From: Heptranchias perlo
Lineage: Eukaryota
DNA length: 64,000 nucleotides
Reading direction: 5' to 3'
NCBI RefSeq assembly: GCF_035084215.1
Contig: NC_090340.1
Span: forward strand, 4,712,001-4,776,000
Numbering within the stretch: the first letter of the stretch is position 1; each line of letters begins with the position of its first letter. The notes below the pieces were generated by a model. That model had not been told where the DNA came from. It worked only from the letters and a program-made list of their open reading frames with translations, and did not search any database. A program made the position numbers and the translations under genes. Of the stretch, positions 1 to 14,160 are shown piece after piece.

Positions 1-148
1 TTTCTGTTATTTACATGGGTCTTCCTTAGATGTTAGCGTAAAGAATGGCGATCATCCAAAGGTATTTCAAACCTGGGTACATGAACGTCTTGCATATTTA
101 TATTTTCTTGTGGAGGTTTTGATTTATTTCAACGTAACTTCAGTGGAT

Positions 149-331
149 GGGGCAATTTTAACTTTTGGTCAAAATGTTAAACCAACAATAATGGAAAAGC
201 CGCCCGCTTTAAGCCTCGCTTGACTTTACTTTCTATTAAAGACAATTGAAAGGAAAATCCGGTAAGATGCACAAATGGCTGTCATCCGATATTTCCAGAA
301 TTACACTATCCCAAAAGTTAAAATTACAACC
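149..331. mobile_element. Small MITE-like element
   Basis: 15-bp perfect inverted repeat aattttaacttttgg (154-168) / ccaaaagttaaaatt (311-325). Confidence 0.45.
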
Positions 332-2249
332 GATGATCGGAAGAAATATGTATAGAGAAGGCCAAAAGCGGCCATTTCCAATGTTTCCCAGGGTGTTCGT
401 CGATTTTATGCAAATGTTAGTGCAGAAATTATCTACTATTATATAATTTATTATACGGCCCTATATATTAATGGTCAACCAATCTAACATGATCAATCAT
501 AAAGAGACTTTGAAGTGAACGTCATGGTATAGATCCAGTGAGGCGGTTAGTTTCCTCCAAATAATAGCAGGTAAGGTTATTTTCATGCGGTATTTGCTAT
601 GAATTGATAAACTACTTTACAAAAAATTTGATATAGATATTTTAAGATTCACGGTGTGAATTTCCAAGAGGTTTCTTCCAATCCCTGCCATTTATGCTGT
701 TTATTTGGTGTTTCCACGGATGTTCCGCTGAAGTTACGACAAATGAGCGGGGTAATAACATGGCCGCAATTCATCCCTTTGTCGCGCTCTGTGTGAAATT
801 CAGTCTGAATCTATTCTCCAGATTGCGCACTCGTGTTTTGGCCACTTGGAGGCGTAGGGGCATTAATTTTGTTAAAGTGCAGCGGAGTGAATGTGAATAC
901 TTGCTGTTAAACTTAAAGTTAAATGCATCTGAATTTGTTTTATAAATTTGAACTGAACAGGGTGAACGATTTGATAAGATTATGCTGCTGCACCACTCAC
1001 TGCGAGTTTGGAGGTTAGAATATGAACATAACGCTTTCACAGACAGCACTTGCTTCTCCGAAGTTCACTGTGGTATAAATTCGTCCGGGGCGTCAGTGCA
1101 AATCGGGCTCCCGATTCGTCATCCAGCGTCTTGCATTTACGCTCATGACGAATTTCTACCCCATAGTCTCCAGATGGCGTTAATTTCAGGCAGTTACTTC
1201 AGAGAGCGGGAGAAACCACGCGGAAATTCACTTCCGTTCACATCTGAAAATTAAAATGACTTGTATAATGCCTTTGATGCAAAAAAAATAACAGAAGGCG
1301 TCACTAGCTAGAAGTGCCTGGACGCAGGGATACCTTTTTTTTTAAGGATGTGGTAAAATTGCATGGAGGGTTAATTGGGCATCACCTGTGCAAACTACGG
1401 CCCATATGAGCATAAGTCCACAGGAATTGCTAGACTAAGAGAATAAGTTCCATCTCGTTCACCTTCTACTATCCTGGTAGTAATTATGATACCAGCAGAA
1501 TGGAGTTGGTGATGAATCATAACCATCAATCTCCATCAATTACTCTACAACCGAGCCAAACATGTGGCGAGGAAAATTCCATTGGTAGAAAGCTTTAGAA
1601 ACCATGGCACACATTCATCAGTTCCTCCCAAGCGTGCTACACTTACCACATATCATGTCTCAAATTACTGATTCATGATTTCCCAAAATATTTTTTCTCA
1701 AAGAAATCTATCTAATTTGAATTTCAATTAATCAACACGTTATGCTTGCACTGGCAAGATGGGAAGCCTGTTGGATACATTTACTATTCGCTCATGCAAA
1801 TCATTTTTCTCCAGATTAGTTTGAATTTAGACCTTCAAGCGCAGACCATTTCATTCAGATTGTTACTGCGGAGCATTCCCTGTCGTAGCCAATTGGGCAG
1901 CCCTCTTTATACGCATTAAGTGGTTGAGTCTTAAATCCCTGAGGGAAACCAGCGATGGGCGATGAATGTTTCCATGCCAGTGTTCACCACGTCCCAGGAA
2001 CAAATGAAAATGCTTAAATCAATTGACATTTACAGTAATAATCGCAGCACCTAAGGACCAGTAATGTTCTGTCCATGCAGATGTGAGGATTTTGAGTAAG
2101 TGTTTTTTGTGTAAACGAATAGAAATGCGAGAATCATTTACATTTAAGATTAATTGACTAAATAATCTCAGAAGTTAAGACAAAGTTGAACACAATCCGA
2201 CACATCAGTTTTATTGAAGTCATTCTTTCAGCTGGGTTTGTAATTAACC

Positions 2250-2790
2250 ACGGGACAAAGGAGAGTGAAGAGGCACAAGTTGAGCAAATAATTCCAGTTC
2301 CAATTATCCTCTCCAACGAGTTTGAAGGACTGTCTTCCTGTGGAGAGCATTATGACTCAGACCATTATCATCAAATCTACTACAACAGCACCAATAAATC
2401 AGATGACACAAGGGGAAGATTATCAATTTAGATCGGATGTAGCAGGTTAGAGGAGTCGATATTCTTAATTGTCAGTCCAAGCTGAGAAACCTGGATGCTT
2501 TGTTGGCTATTACGTGGTGGGTAAGGGGCATTTTGGATCAGCTGGAAAAGATTCTGGGCGAGATGGAGGACAACCAGCCGCTATGCATAAGGTGCAAACC
2601 AATTATCTAAGAAAGCAAATGAAAGAATTGCTGCAGAAGATTTAGGAGATTAAGATGAATGCATAGGAGCAAGAATTCTACAGCGATAATCTTCAATTAG
2701 CACCCCTGCCCGTAAGCAAGGTGCTCGAGTCAAGGACAGCAAGGTAAGGGAGATCGGCACATGGCTGAAGGGAAGGTGAAGCTTGCTTGA
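2250..2790 (+). mobile_element. Highly decayed CR1 ORF1 relic
   Basis: LSNEFEGL, VRGILDQLEKIL and GDGGQP-like segments parallel ORF1 at 48449-49396. Confidence 0.5.
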
Positions 2791-2916
2791 ACAAACATTC
2801 CAGTCCCATGACCTCTGGGAATTCGGTGATGCAGAGAGGACTTAATATTTTGTTTGTTCCTAATTATCCTGAAAAGGTAACGATAGACCTATTTCTTCAA
2901 CCGCTGTTGTTCTTGG

Positions 2917-3690
2917 AATCACAAAATCATAGAATGCTACGGCACAGAAGGAGGCCATTAGATCCATTGTGCTTGTGTCGGCTATATAAAAGAGCAACCA
3001 ATTAGCCCCACACTCCTGCTCTTTCCCGATTGCCCTGCAATATTTTACCCTTTAAATATTTATCCAATTCCCCTTTGAAAGTTACAGTTGAATCTGCTTC
3101 CAACAGCATTTCAGGCAGTGTATTCCAGATCATAACAACTTGCTGCGCACTTTTTTCCTACCGTCACCTCTGGTTCTTTTGCCAATTTCTTTAAATCTGT
3201 GTCCTGTGGTTACCCACCCCACTTCCACTGGAAACAGTTTCTTGTTATTTACTCTAACAACACCCTTCATGATTTTCAACACCTTTATCAAATTTTCCCT
3301 CAACCTTCTCTGCTCGAAGGAGGACAATTCCAGCTTCTCTAGTCTTTCCAGATAACTGAAATCCCGAATCCCTGGTACCTATGTAACGAATCTCCTCTGC
3401 ACCCTCTCCAAGACCTTGACATCTTTCCTAAAGAGTAATGCCCAGAATTTGGCACAATACTCCAGCTGGGACCTAAATACAGTTTCATAAAGGTTCAATA
3501 TAACGTCCTCACTTTTGCATTCCATGTCTCTATTTATAAAACCGAGGATCCCTTGTACGTTTTTAAATCCTTCTCAACTTCGCTTGACACCTTCAAAGAT
3601 TTTTATACAAACACCCAACGTCTCTCTGGTCCTGCACCGCCTTTAAAATTGTGCCATTTAGTTAATATTGCCTCTCATTCTTCCGAACGA
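2917..3690 (-). mobile_element. Family A CR1 3' fragment
   Basis: SSFEQRRLRENLIKVLKIMKG...TGHRFK; tail at about 2917. Confidence 0.85.
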
Positions 3691-4027
3691 AACGAATTCT
3701 GATGCTCCTGGTGTTACCATGATGGTGTCAATTCGGGAATTTCAATGTTTGAACCAAATTGTGGTAAGTTCACAGGGATATTTGCCAACCTTGGATTTGT
3801 GTGCATCTTGGCGGCGATCTTGGTAGTGAGGATGTCCACATGATCTTGCTGCTCACGGTGTTTGAGGTCTCACTAACGCAACGGACTTTTGAAGCAAGAT
3901 TGGTGAGTTACTGCTAAGAATCCCGTAGATAGTATATACTGCAGTCACCTTGCGGTGGTGTATGGAATTGTGATAAGAGTCTGGTAGCAAAGACAATTAA
4001 CAACCAACCTGCTTCTCTTGGATCATG

Positions 4028-5530
4028 CATAGAAATATAGGAACATAGGAACATAGGAAAAGGTGTAAGCCATTCAGCCCCTCGAGCCTCTTCCGCCATT
4101 CATGAGATCATGGATGATCTTTACCCAACTACATCCATCCGCCTTGGCTCATATGCCTTAATGCCCTTGGCTAGCAAAAAGCTATCGATCTCAGATTTAA
4201 AATTAATAATTGAGCTTGCGTCTACTGATTTTAGTTGACGGCAGTTCCACACTTCTGCCATACTTTGTGTGAAGAAGTGTGTCCTAACTTCTCTCCTGAA
4301 CGGCTTAGCTCTGATTTTAAGGTTATGGCCCATCGCCCTGGACTCCCACACCAGAGGATAACGTTTCTCCCCATCTACTCTATAAATTCCTTTCAAAATC
4401 ATAAGAACTTTGATGAAATCACCCCTTACCCTTCCATATTCCAAGGAATAGAAACCTAGTTTTTGTAATCTCTCCTTTAATTTATACATTGGTACCCAGG
4501 TAACATTCTGGTGAATGTGGGCAGCTCTCCTTCCAACGGCCATATAGCCGTTCTAAGGTGCAGTGCACAGAACTGTACACAGTACTTCAGATTTGGTCTA
4601 ATCAGGGATTTGTATTTCTGTAGCAAAACGTATTTATTTTAATGTTCTAGTCCTCGAGATATAAAGGCTAACATTCCATTAGACTTTTTGTTTTTTTTGT
4701 ACCTGAGCACCACATTTTATGATATATGTAAATAGACTTCTAAAGCTCTGTGACCCTCCACTGTTCCTAACTTTTCACCATTTAAAAAATAATTAGATCT
4801 ATCCTTTTTTGCTTCAAATTGGATGAACTCACACTTACTTGTGTTGAAATCCATCTGCCACAGTATTGTCCACTTACTTAATCTGTCAGTGTATCTTTGT
4901 AATGTTATGCTCCCATCTGCACTCCTTTCCATGCGACCTGTATTTGTTTCATCGGCAAACTTGGATATATGTCTCTCTATTTTGTTATCGAAGTCATTAA
5001 TAAATATCGTGATAAGTTGATGCCGCAGCAACGACCCTTTTGGGAAACCACAAGTCATTTCCTTCCAATTCGAGTACATACCTATTATCCCTACTCCCTG
5101 TCTTCTAAGCCTAACCAAGCTCCTAACCAAGGCAATAAGTTACCTTCAATTCCATGAGCTTTAATTTTAGCTAATAGTCTCTTATGTGGAACCGAATCGA
5201 ATGTCTTCTGGAAGGCCTTTCAAATCGCATCCATAGTTATCATCTCCTACTAATTTAGTTACTTCCTTAAAAGCATTCAATTTGGTTCGTTCGACATGAC
5301 CTATCCTTTGCATATCAGTGTTGGTTCTCTGTGATCAGCTCAAATTTATCCAAGTGTTCAGTCACATTGCCCTTAATTTTAAATTCCAGTAACTTCGCCA
5401 GAACAGGCATTAGACCAACAGCTCTATAATCTACTCGTTACGCTCTGTCACCTTTCTTAAATAAACATTTACAATTTTCCAACCTAAAGGGACAATTCCA
5501 AATTAGAGAAAGCTTTGGAAGATTATGGCT
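4028..5530 (-). mobile_element. Family A CR1 RT/3' fragment
   Basis: ORFs 4121..4543- and 4717..5130- (SKFADET); cataggaa tail. Confidence 0.87.
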
Positions 5531-6889
5531 ACGGTAGATATAGTAATGAAAAAGAGAGGAATCCAAGAAACACAATGTCGCCTATCACCTGTGCCCTCGT
5601 TGAACTACATTAACTCCTGATGCCACAAAACGTCAAATTTAAAATTTGCATCTTTCGGCGTAATGCCCTGTTTTCCACTCCTCAGATATGCGTTTCTGAA
5701 TGATTATCTAGGATAACTTCACGTTCTTCTTCTTATCGTTGTTGTCGTCCACCACTGCAGATTACTTGGGAACTGTAAGAAGGTATGGAAAATGATTCGT
5801 GCCATTGAATGATATTCATCTCCATGAACATTCTCAAATGAATCCCCACTGGAACGAATGAATAAGACAGAAGATTTCTCTCAGACGCTGGAAATCTTAA
5901 TATTGGGTCTGTGTACATTCAGATGCAAAAGTCTCTCATTGCATAAAGAAATAATGATTGGACGATCATTTGTAAAGAATATTGACGGCAGGTGTCATTC
6001 ACAATCGAGACACACAACAGAGTGAACTCCTGCGGGCTGCCTATTCATCCAAATGGGAGACCAGCTTTATGGCCTCAGTTGAAGAAAGGAGTACGTAAAA
6101 TAATGCACGTCCTACCACTTCCTAAATGGCCATCAAACGACTTTGGAAGTTCCAAAGAATGGGAGATGCTGGTAGAAGCAGCTCCAACATCTGCATGAAC
6201 GTCTCAGGACTCTGCACCCAGAACTTCAAGGCTATTTCCAACCAAAGACAGGTTCGTAGCTTAGCTGTTTACCTGCTGCCAGAACGCTCCGGCCTTTTCA
6301 GGGAACAATGAGACATCGTTTGAAAATAATTTGAAGAAGTGCACATTTTCGGCTTAGTTAACATTAGTTTTCCATAACGACCAAAATAATTTTAATCTCT
6401 CTGTTGCTTACTAATAGGATCAAAGTGTTCGGAGATGCAGTGTAAATTATCCAAGAGTTGGAAGGGGGACAAGATAACAACTCTGCATCATAAAGCGACG
6501 ATGGTGCATAGAATGAGTTTTCCATTACTGGGAGTAAATCCATAGCACAGAGTTTCACTCCAATCTGCACGGTAGGACATCACATCTCTCTTTGTTTCCC
6601 TGATGCTAATTGCACTACTTCATCCTGTGGGAATGTTGCCACATCAGCCAATACATCGTCCTTCTGTAAGCCAATCTTTCTTTTAGTGGCTACATTTCAC
6701 TACAGAAAAGTTGGGTTTGCAGACTTTGGATCGACTGTAAAGTACCAGCCTTTTAAGTGGACTAAATAATGGCATCAGTCCGTAAGTATCCATATGGCAT
6801 GCTCAGCGACAAGTTTTGAGGTTGCCAGGGCCGCTCGGTATCTGCGCTTTGTTGCTGTGTGAAAGTTTCTAATTGTGGTCGTCAGAAAG

Positions 6890-8520
6890 GGTAGGATAGG
6901 AAATGATGAAGGTGGTTGCGGGGTGGGTTAGCTGTACTAATTAGAGACAACATAACGGCAATTGAAAAATGGGATATTAGTAGCATGAAGATAGAAACAG
7001 AATCCATATGGATTGAGACAAATGAGAAGACGTGGTCCATCAGGTTAGTTGTTATATTCTGCAGTCCAACATTCGTGGAAGGGAAATGGAGGGTGAAATA
7101 TACAGATAAATCTATGAAACGAGTAATAAACATCGAATAATAAAAATGGGAGATTTCAACTACCCCGAAATATACTGGCAAGAAGAGGTAGGGAAAGGAG
7201 AAAAGGGAATGGAGTGTTTATAATGTATACGGCTGCTGTCTTACTCCGTCTGTGAGAAGCCCAACACGAGAGGAATCACTGCCAGATCCAGTAATGGGAA
7301 ATGAAGCAGAACAGATAAGAGAAGTAAGGGTAACATCGAGGTAATAGCGATCATAACATAATAAGGTTTAAAATAATGATTGAGAAAGGCATAAGTTAGA
7401 CAAAAAACAAAGTAATAGATTGGAAAAAAGCTAATTTTTCGGATTTGAGCATGCAACTACGGCAGGAAAACTGGAAATAAATCTTGATAGACAAAGAGTG
7501 GAGGAAGAACAGCGGATAACATTTTGAAACGGTGACCAATAGAGTTTTGTAGGAATATATCCCTCGAGAAAGCAAGAACAACTATCCAATAATGAAACAC
7601 GACGAATGAATAAAGAGATAAGGGTAAAATTGAAACAAAAGAAAAATGCATACTCTAAGTGCATAAATAATAAAGGAAAGGATGACAAAAGGAAATATGA
7701 AGAGGTAAGGACAGAAGTCAGAAAAACAACCAGCAAAGCAAAGAGGAACGACATATTAAATTACCATGGAATCTATTAAGAAATAGTAATGTATTCTACA
7801 GACACATAAATAACAAATGAAAAATCAGAATATGGATAGGGCCAATAACGGATGCACAAGATAAACTCACAGGTAACCATAGCGAAATGGCAGAAATAAT
7901 AAATAGATATTTTGTCTCCTTATTTGCGATGCAGAATAACAAGGTGGGCAGGACATGAGAAGAAGAAATTCAAAAAGATATTGAAACGGAGAAAGGGGGA
8001 AGAAAATTGATGAACGAAACAAACTTAGTGAGGAAAAGAGTCCTGGTCCGGATGAATTTCATCCACAAATATTAAAAGCCCAATGGAGGGTGCAGAGGAG
8101 ATTTACAAGGATGTTGCCAGGTCTGGTGAATTTTAGCTATGAGGAAAGATTGGGTAGGCTGGGCTTTTTTTCATTAGAACAGAGGATGCTGTGGGATGAT
8201 TTAATTCAGGTGCATAAAATTATGAGGGGCCTAGATAGAGTAGATAGGAATGACCTCTTTCCCTTAGCTGGGGATGGGGGTGGAGTCAATAACCAAGGGG
8301 CATAGATTTAAATTAATTGGTAGAAGCATTAGAGGGTAGCTGAAGAGATTTTTTTTTTCACCCAGAGGCCTGGAACTCTTTGCCTGGAAGGGTGGTAGAG
8401 GCAGAAACCCTGAACACATATAAAAATAACTTGGATGTGCACTTGAAGCGCTGTAACCTGAAAGGCTACGGACCAAGTTCTCGAAAGTGGAATTTGGCTG
8501 AATAGCTTGTCGATGATTCT
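6890..8520 (+). mobile_element. Family A CR1 fragments (EN region joined to a 3' end)
   Basis: GGLAVLIRDNITA...ESIW; QRRFTRMLPGL. Confidence 0.8.
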
Positions 8521-8844
8521 CCGATTCCCTTATCATGCATACTGTGTGGATCACTGAATGCTCTAAGTGTCAACGTGTTTATTTATTATTTCCTGATGTA
8601 CCTTTGTTTGTCCAATAATTCATTCATTGATTCATTAACTACATTTTGTTGTCGAACAAATATTTCTGCTTATCTAATTGCATTACTGATGAACACACTA
8701 TTACTGGTTTGTCTCGCCTTATTTCATCGAAATTTTGTCCCTTAGTTCTAACGGAGATCCTCAAGTTTTATTAATATTTATAAACGATGTCAGACGATCT
8801 GAAGTGTTATATCAAAGAAGCTGGAGTATCGAATTTGCGAACAT

Positions 8845-11345
8845 GGGAACAGGAGGAGGACTTCCATCCCCTTGAGCCTGCCCCGCTATTCACTTCGATG
8901 ATCACTGCTCTGTACCTCAACACAATTTAGCCGCGTTTTCTCGATGTCCTATGATAGACTTACCGAATAAACATCCATCGATCTCATCCTTGAAAATTTA
9001 AATTCACTCAGCATCCATTGCATTTTTAAGGAATAGAGTTCCGGATTTCTACTAAGTGTTACTATTGCCCCCTGTTCTGAGTTCCCCCACCAGAGGAAAT
9101 AGTTTTTCTGTATCGACCCTATTAAATACTTTTATTATTTTAAAGACCTCGATATTTTAACAGCAACGTTCTAAACTCCAGCGAATAAAATTCAAATTTA
9201 ATTGAGCCTTCCCTCATAATTCAATCCTTTAAAACCCAGGTATCACCTGCTAAATCTGCGCTGTACCTCGTCCAAGGCCAAAGTATATTTCACGAGGTGC
9301 GGTGTCCAAAACGAACGCCGTACTGCAGATGGGGTGTGTTCATGGCTGTGTACGACTAAAGGACAAGTTCCTCCTCTGAATAGTCCATCCCCCTTGAGAT
9401 AAAAGACAATATTCCATTACCCTCTTAGATTGCCTTTTTGCACCTGCTAACTAGCTTTCAGCGATTTGTGTACATGGACACCTATGTCCCTTTTATCCTC
9501 CACAGCATCCAGCTTCTCACCATTCATACGAACGTACGAACTTACGAATTAAGAGCAGGCGTAGGCCATTCGGCCCCTCGAGCATGCTCTGCCATTTGAT
9601 AAGATCATGGCTGATCTGATTGCGACCTCAAACCTACTTTCCTGCCTACCTACTATAACCTTTGACTCCCTTGTTAATCAGGAATCTATCTAACTCAGCC
9701 TTAAAAATATTCAATGAACCTGCCTCCACCGCTCTCTGGAGCAGGGAGCTCCACAGACTCACGACCCTCTGAGAAAAAAGAAAAATCTCCTCATTTCCGT
9801 CTTAAATGAGAGACCCCGTTTTTTAAAGTCTGGCCCATAGTTCTAGTCTCTCCCCCAAGGTGAAACGTTCTCTCAGCATCTACTCCTTCTAGTCCCCTCA
9901 GGATCTTATATGTTTCAATAAGATCACCTCTCCTTCTTCTGAATTCCAGTGGAGACAGGCCCAACTTGTACAACCTTTCCTCATGGGATAACCCCCTCAT
10001 ACGAGGAATCAGTCAAGTGAACCTTCTCTCAACCGCCTCCAAAGAAATTATGTATTTTCTTAAATAAGGAGACCAAAACTGCACACAGTATTCCAGATGT
10101 GGTCTCACCAATGCCCTATACAACTGTAGCAAAACATCTCTATTTTTATATTCCATTCCCCTTGCAATAAATGACAAAATTCCATTTGCCTTCCTAATCA
10201 CTTGCTGTACCTGCATACTAAATTTTGTGATTCATATACTAGGGCAGCCAGATCCCTCTGTACCTCAGAGTTCTGCAATTTATCTCTATTTAAATAACGT
10301 ACTGCTTTTCTATTCCTCCTATCAAAGTGGACTAGTTCACGTTTTCCCACATTATATTCCACCTGCCAATTTTTTCCACACTCACTTAAGTTATCTATAT
10401 CCCTTTGCAGACTCATGATATCCTCTTCAGAACTTACTTTCCCACCTTCCTTTGCGTCATTGATATAGATTGTAAATAGTTGAGGCCAAAGCACTGATCC
10501 CTGTGGCATTCCACTCCTTACATCTTGCTAACCTGACAATGACCCATTTATGCCTACTCTCGGTTTCTTGTTAGCTAACCAATCCTTAATCCATGCTAAT
10601 ATGATACCCCCGACACCATGAGCTCTTCTTTTGTGTAGTAGCCTTTGATTTGGCACCTTGTCAAAAGTCTTCTGGAAATCCAAGTATACCACATCCGCAG
10701 GATCCCCTTTATCCACGTTGCTTGTTACTTCCTCAAAGAACTCCAATATATTTGTCAAACACGATTTCCCTTTCACAAAGCCTTGTTGACTCTGCCTGAT
10801 TGCATTCAGATTTTAAGTGCCCTAAGAGAACCTCCTTAATGATAGATTCTAGCATTTTTCCAATAACAGATGTTAAGCTAACTGGCCTGTAGTTTCCTGC
10901 TTTCTGTCTCCCTCCTTTCTTGAATAGAGGAGTTACATTCGTGATTTTCTATTCAGATAATATTCCCATTAGTCATTCTTGTACCTAAAGTGGATGACCT
11001 CATAATGCCGTATTTGTCCCAGTCACTTAGACTTCTTTGTCCCTTTGCAAATTCCTGTACCCTTCTGCGCTACTTACTGTCCCTCCTAACTTAGTGTCAT
11101 CTACAAATTTGAATATAACACTCTCTGTTCCTTCAACCTACTCATTAATATATATGGTGAAAAGCTGAGCAGCTAGTACATATCCATGGGGGACCGAACT
11201 TGTCACATCTCGCCAAAAAGAAAACGTTTCCTTTATCCCAAGTCTCAGTCGCCTACCTCCGAACAAATTAACAACCCATGTCACAAGGGCCCATCCAATT
11301 TCGTGCGCTTTAATTTCTTGATCTCTTGAGCGAAACCTTATCAAA
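8845..11345 (-). mobile_element. Nested family A CR1 fragments
   Basis: ORFs 9791-, 10013-, 10198-, 10528-, 11138-; internal second tail at about 9526. Confidence 0.82.
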
Positions 11346-11899
11346 TGAGAAAGCTCAAATAATGAAACAAAGTCAAATATTAAAATATGAAACTCTCATT
11401 TTATTACTTATTCTATTTCAACCGTGGGTTGATAGCTGTGGCCAGGAACAGCAACATATCAGAATGCTGCTGCTGACCTATGTGGCACATTGGCAGAAAA
11501 TGACGCATGAGCATTATGTCCGGTTCCCTGCTCCAAAAAGTTAATTAAGTACGAATATTATTGAGAGTGGGATGTCTGATAGATTGCCAACTAATCTTGA
11601 AAAGATTCATACTTCAGGTTAAGAATTTCCTGCGCAGAACAATGTACAAAATTTATATTCTTGTGTTAATTTCTGCAGGGATGATCCGGATGATCCGCAG
11701 TAACTTTGGAAGAGTAGCTGCGGAGCTCCAGAAAACTGTTTAAATTATATTGTTTTTCCAGGGTTTACGCAACTCCTTCCTGTATGTAACGGCAGAAGAG
11801 CAGCAGAACATTGCCCCGCCCCCACCGCTCCCTCCCACAGAAATTCACCCTCAGCCAAATATGATCAGAAGCACTGACTGAAAATATTTGGTCCCTTTA

Positions 11900-12790
11900 T
11901 TATAAAAACCCGTCTATATTCTGCAAAATGATATTCAAGCGCGGTGGAATGTGCAGATAAACATTTGCAAGGATATTAACAGAATTGAGAGGATGCAGCT
12001 GTCAGGGAAGATTGAGCAGGCTAGGGCTCTTTTCTCTGGAAAAGAGAAGACTGGGAGGACAACTGATAAAGGTATTTGAAGTTATGAAGCTTCTCGACAA
12101 GTTCGACGTGGAGAAATTGTTTACACTTGTGGGTGAACGCAAATCAAGGGGTCATAACGATAACTTAGTAACTAAGAGATCAAAAGAAGAATTCCGATCA
12201 ATTTCTTTACACAGAGTGGTGCGAAAGTGGAGCTAGTTGCGAGTTAGAGTCATAGAGTCATAGAGTTATACAGCACGGATAGAGGCCCTTCGGCCCATCG
12301 TGTCCGCGCCGGCCATCAGCCCTGTCTACTCTAATCCCATATTCCAGCATTTGGTCCGTAGCCTTGTATGCTATGGCATTTCAAGTGCTCATCCAAATGC
12401 TTCTTGAATGATGTGAGGGTTCCTGCCTCCACAACCCTTTCAGGCAGTGAGTTCCAGACTCCAACCACCCTCTGGGTGAAAACGTTCTTTCTCAAATCCC
12501 CTCTAAACCTCCCGCCTTTTACCTTGAATCTATGTCCCCTTGTTATAGAACCCTCAACGAAGGGGAAAAAAGCTCCTTAGTATCAAGTTGCTTTGGAGTG
12601 GTTGAAACGTTACCAATTCGACGTTTGAGTAAACGCTTACATGATGGGGAAGGGAATAGTGAGATATGGGGACAGGATGGGAAGAGATAATTAGAGTGGG
12701 AGAAAGCTCATGCGGAGTATATACTCCGGCATTGACCAGTTCATCCTTTTGGACCTGTTTCTATATTCTTGGTAAGTTACATGCAATTCT
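11900..12790. mobile_element. + strand CR1 3' fragment interrupted by a - strand CR1 3' end (about 12245-12585)
   Basis: LGLFSLEKRRL ORF; tcatagag tail at about 12250. Confidence 0.75.
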
Positions 12791-13814
12791 ATGTAACGGA
12801 GAATTAGATTTGAATTTCCTTGCGATGTTCCCGCTCCCCTCCCGTAACTTGTGCGAAGGCGCCACGGAAATCTAAAAACAAACAACGCTGGCCTTTATTT
12901 ATAATTCTAGAATCAGCCTTGAGTTATTAAATTAATGAATTGTACTCATTCAGCTGCAATTAAATGTCATGTTTTAGCTTTTTTGGGCGTTTATATGAAT
13001 TTTCTTTGTTGGTTCATTGACCAAGTGCAATGATATTGTATTGATATTGTTCTGCCAGAAGATGGTACTGCTGCACAGTGTAAGCTATGGCAAACGCAAC
13101 CGCAGCATCATGAATGTCAATCAAGTGCAGGCAAAATAATTTCCGTGCCGTTCTCCCAGTCTCCCACCAACCTCAGTGTTAACCCTTCAGAAGTGACGTG
13201 ACGGCCTGTGTTTCCCACAATCTTCACTGACTTGATGATGGGATATTTTGAAAACCGGCGCGGAAATTGCAGGCATGTGGTTGATAGCCTATTACATCGT
13301 TCAAACTTAGTTTCGGCCTCAGTGGCCGACAGATTGCCTTGAACTTTTATGGAACTGGCTTATTTCAAGTTACCACGTGTTATTTTGAACCACGTGGAAC
13401 TTCCAGGCTATTTTCTTTTGGATGCATTGGTGGCAAAAAATGCAGTCTTCTGCAAGAGCGGAGGACTCATGTACACAAATCTTTGAAAGTGGCAGCACAA
13501 GTTGAGAAGGCTGTTAAAAAAAATCATATGGGATCATGGACTTCATTAGTAGAGGCATAGCATACAAAAGCAAGGATGTTAAGCTGGACATTTAGTTAGG
13601 CGTCAATAAGATTGTTGTGTTCAATTCTGGACACCATATTTTAGGAAAGATGTCAAAGCCTTAGAGAGGGTGCAGAAAAAAATTAGTAGAATGGTAACAG
13701 GGTTGTGGGACTCAGTTATGTGGTGACACTGTAGAGGCTGTGGTTGTTCTCCTCATAGCAGAAAAGGTTAAGAGGAGATTTGATTGATCTCTTTAAAATC
13801 GTGAACGGTTGTTT

Positions 13815-14160
13815 ATTTATTCATTCATGGGATGCGGGCGTCGCTGGAAAGGCCAGCATTTATTGTCCACTACTAATTGACCTTGAGAAGGTGGAGGTGA
13901 GCCACCTTCTTGAACCGCTGCAGTCTGTGTTGACGGTGCTGTTCGATACGAAGTTCCAGGATTTTGACCCAGCGATGATGAAGGAACGGCAATATATTTC
14001 CAAGTCAGAATAGTGGGTGACTTGCAGGGGATCGTGCAGCTGGTGGTGTTCCAACGCGCCTGCTGCCCTTGACGTTCTAGTTGGTAGGGATCACGGGTTT
14101 GGGTGGTGCTGTCGAAGATACCTTGTTGCTGCAGTGCATCCTGTAGATGGTACACACTGC
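13815..14160 (-). mobile_element. Family B LINE 3' end
   Basis: Matches the reverse-complement tail also seen at 39545 and 30215 (ttttattc.ttcatgggatg). Confidence 0.85.

Noticed and set aside
2186-2431. Possible host exon after ctttcag
   Set aside because: Matches decayed CR1 ORF1 sequence continuing to about 2790.
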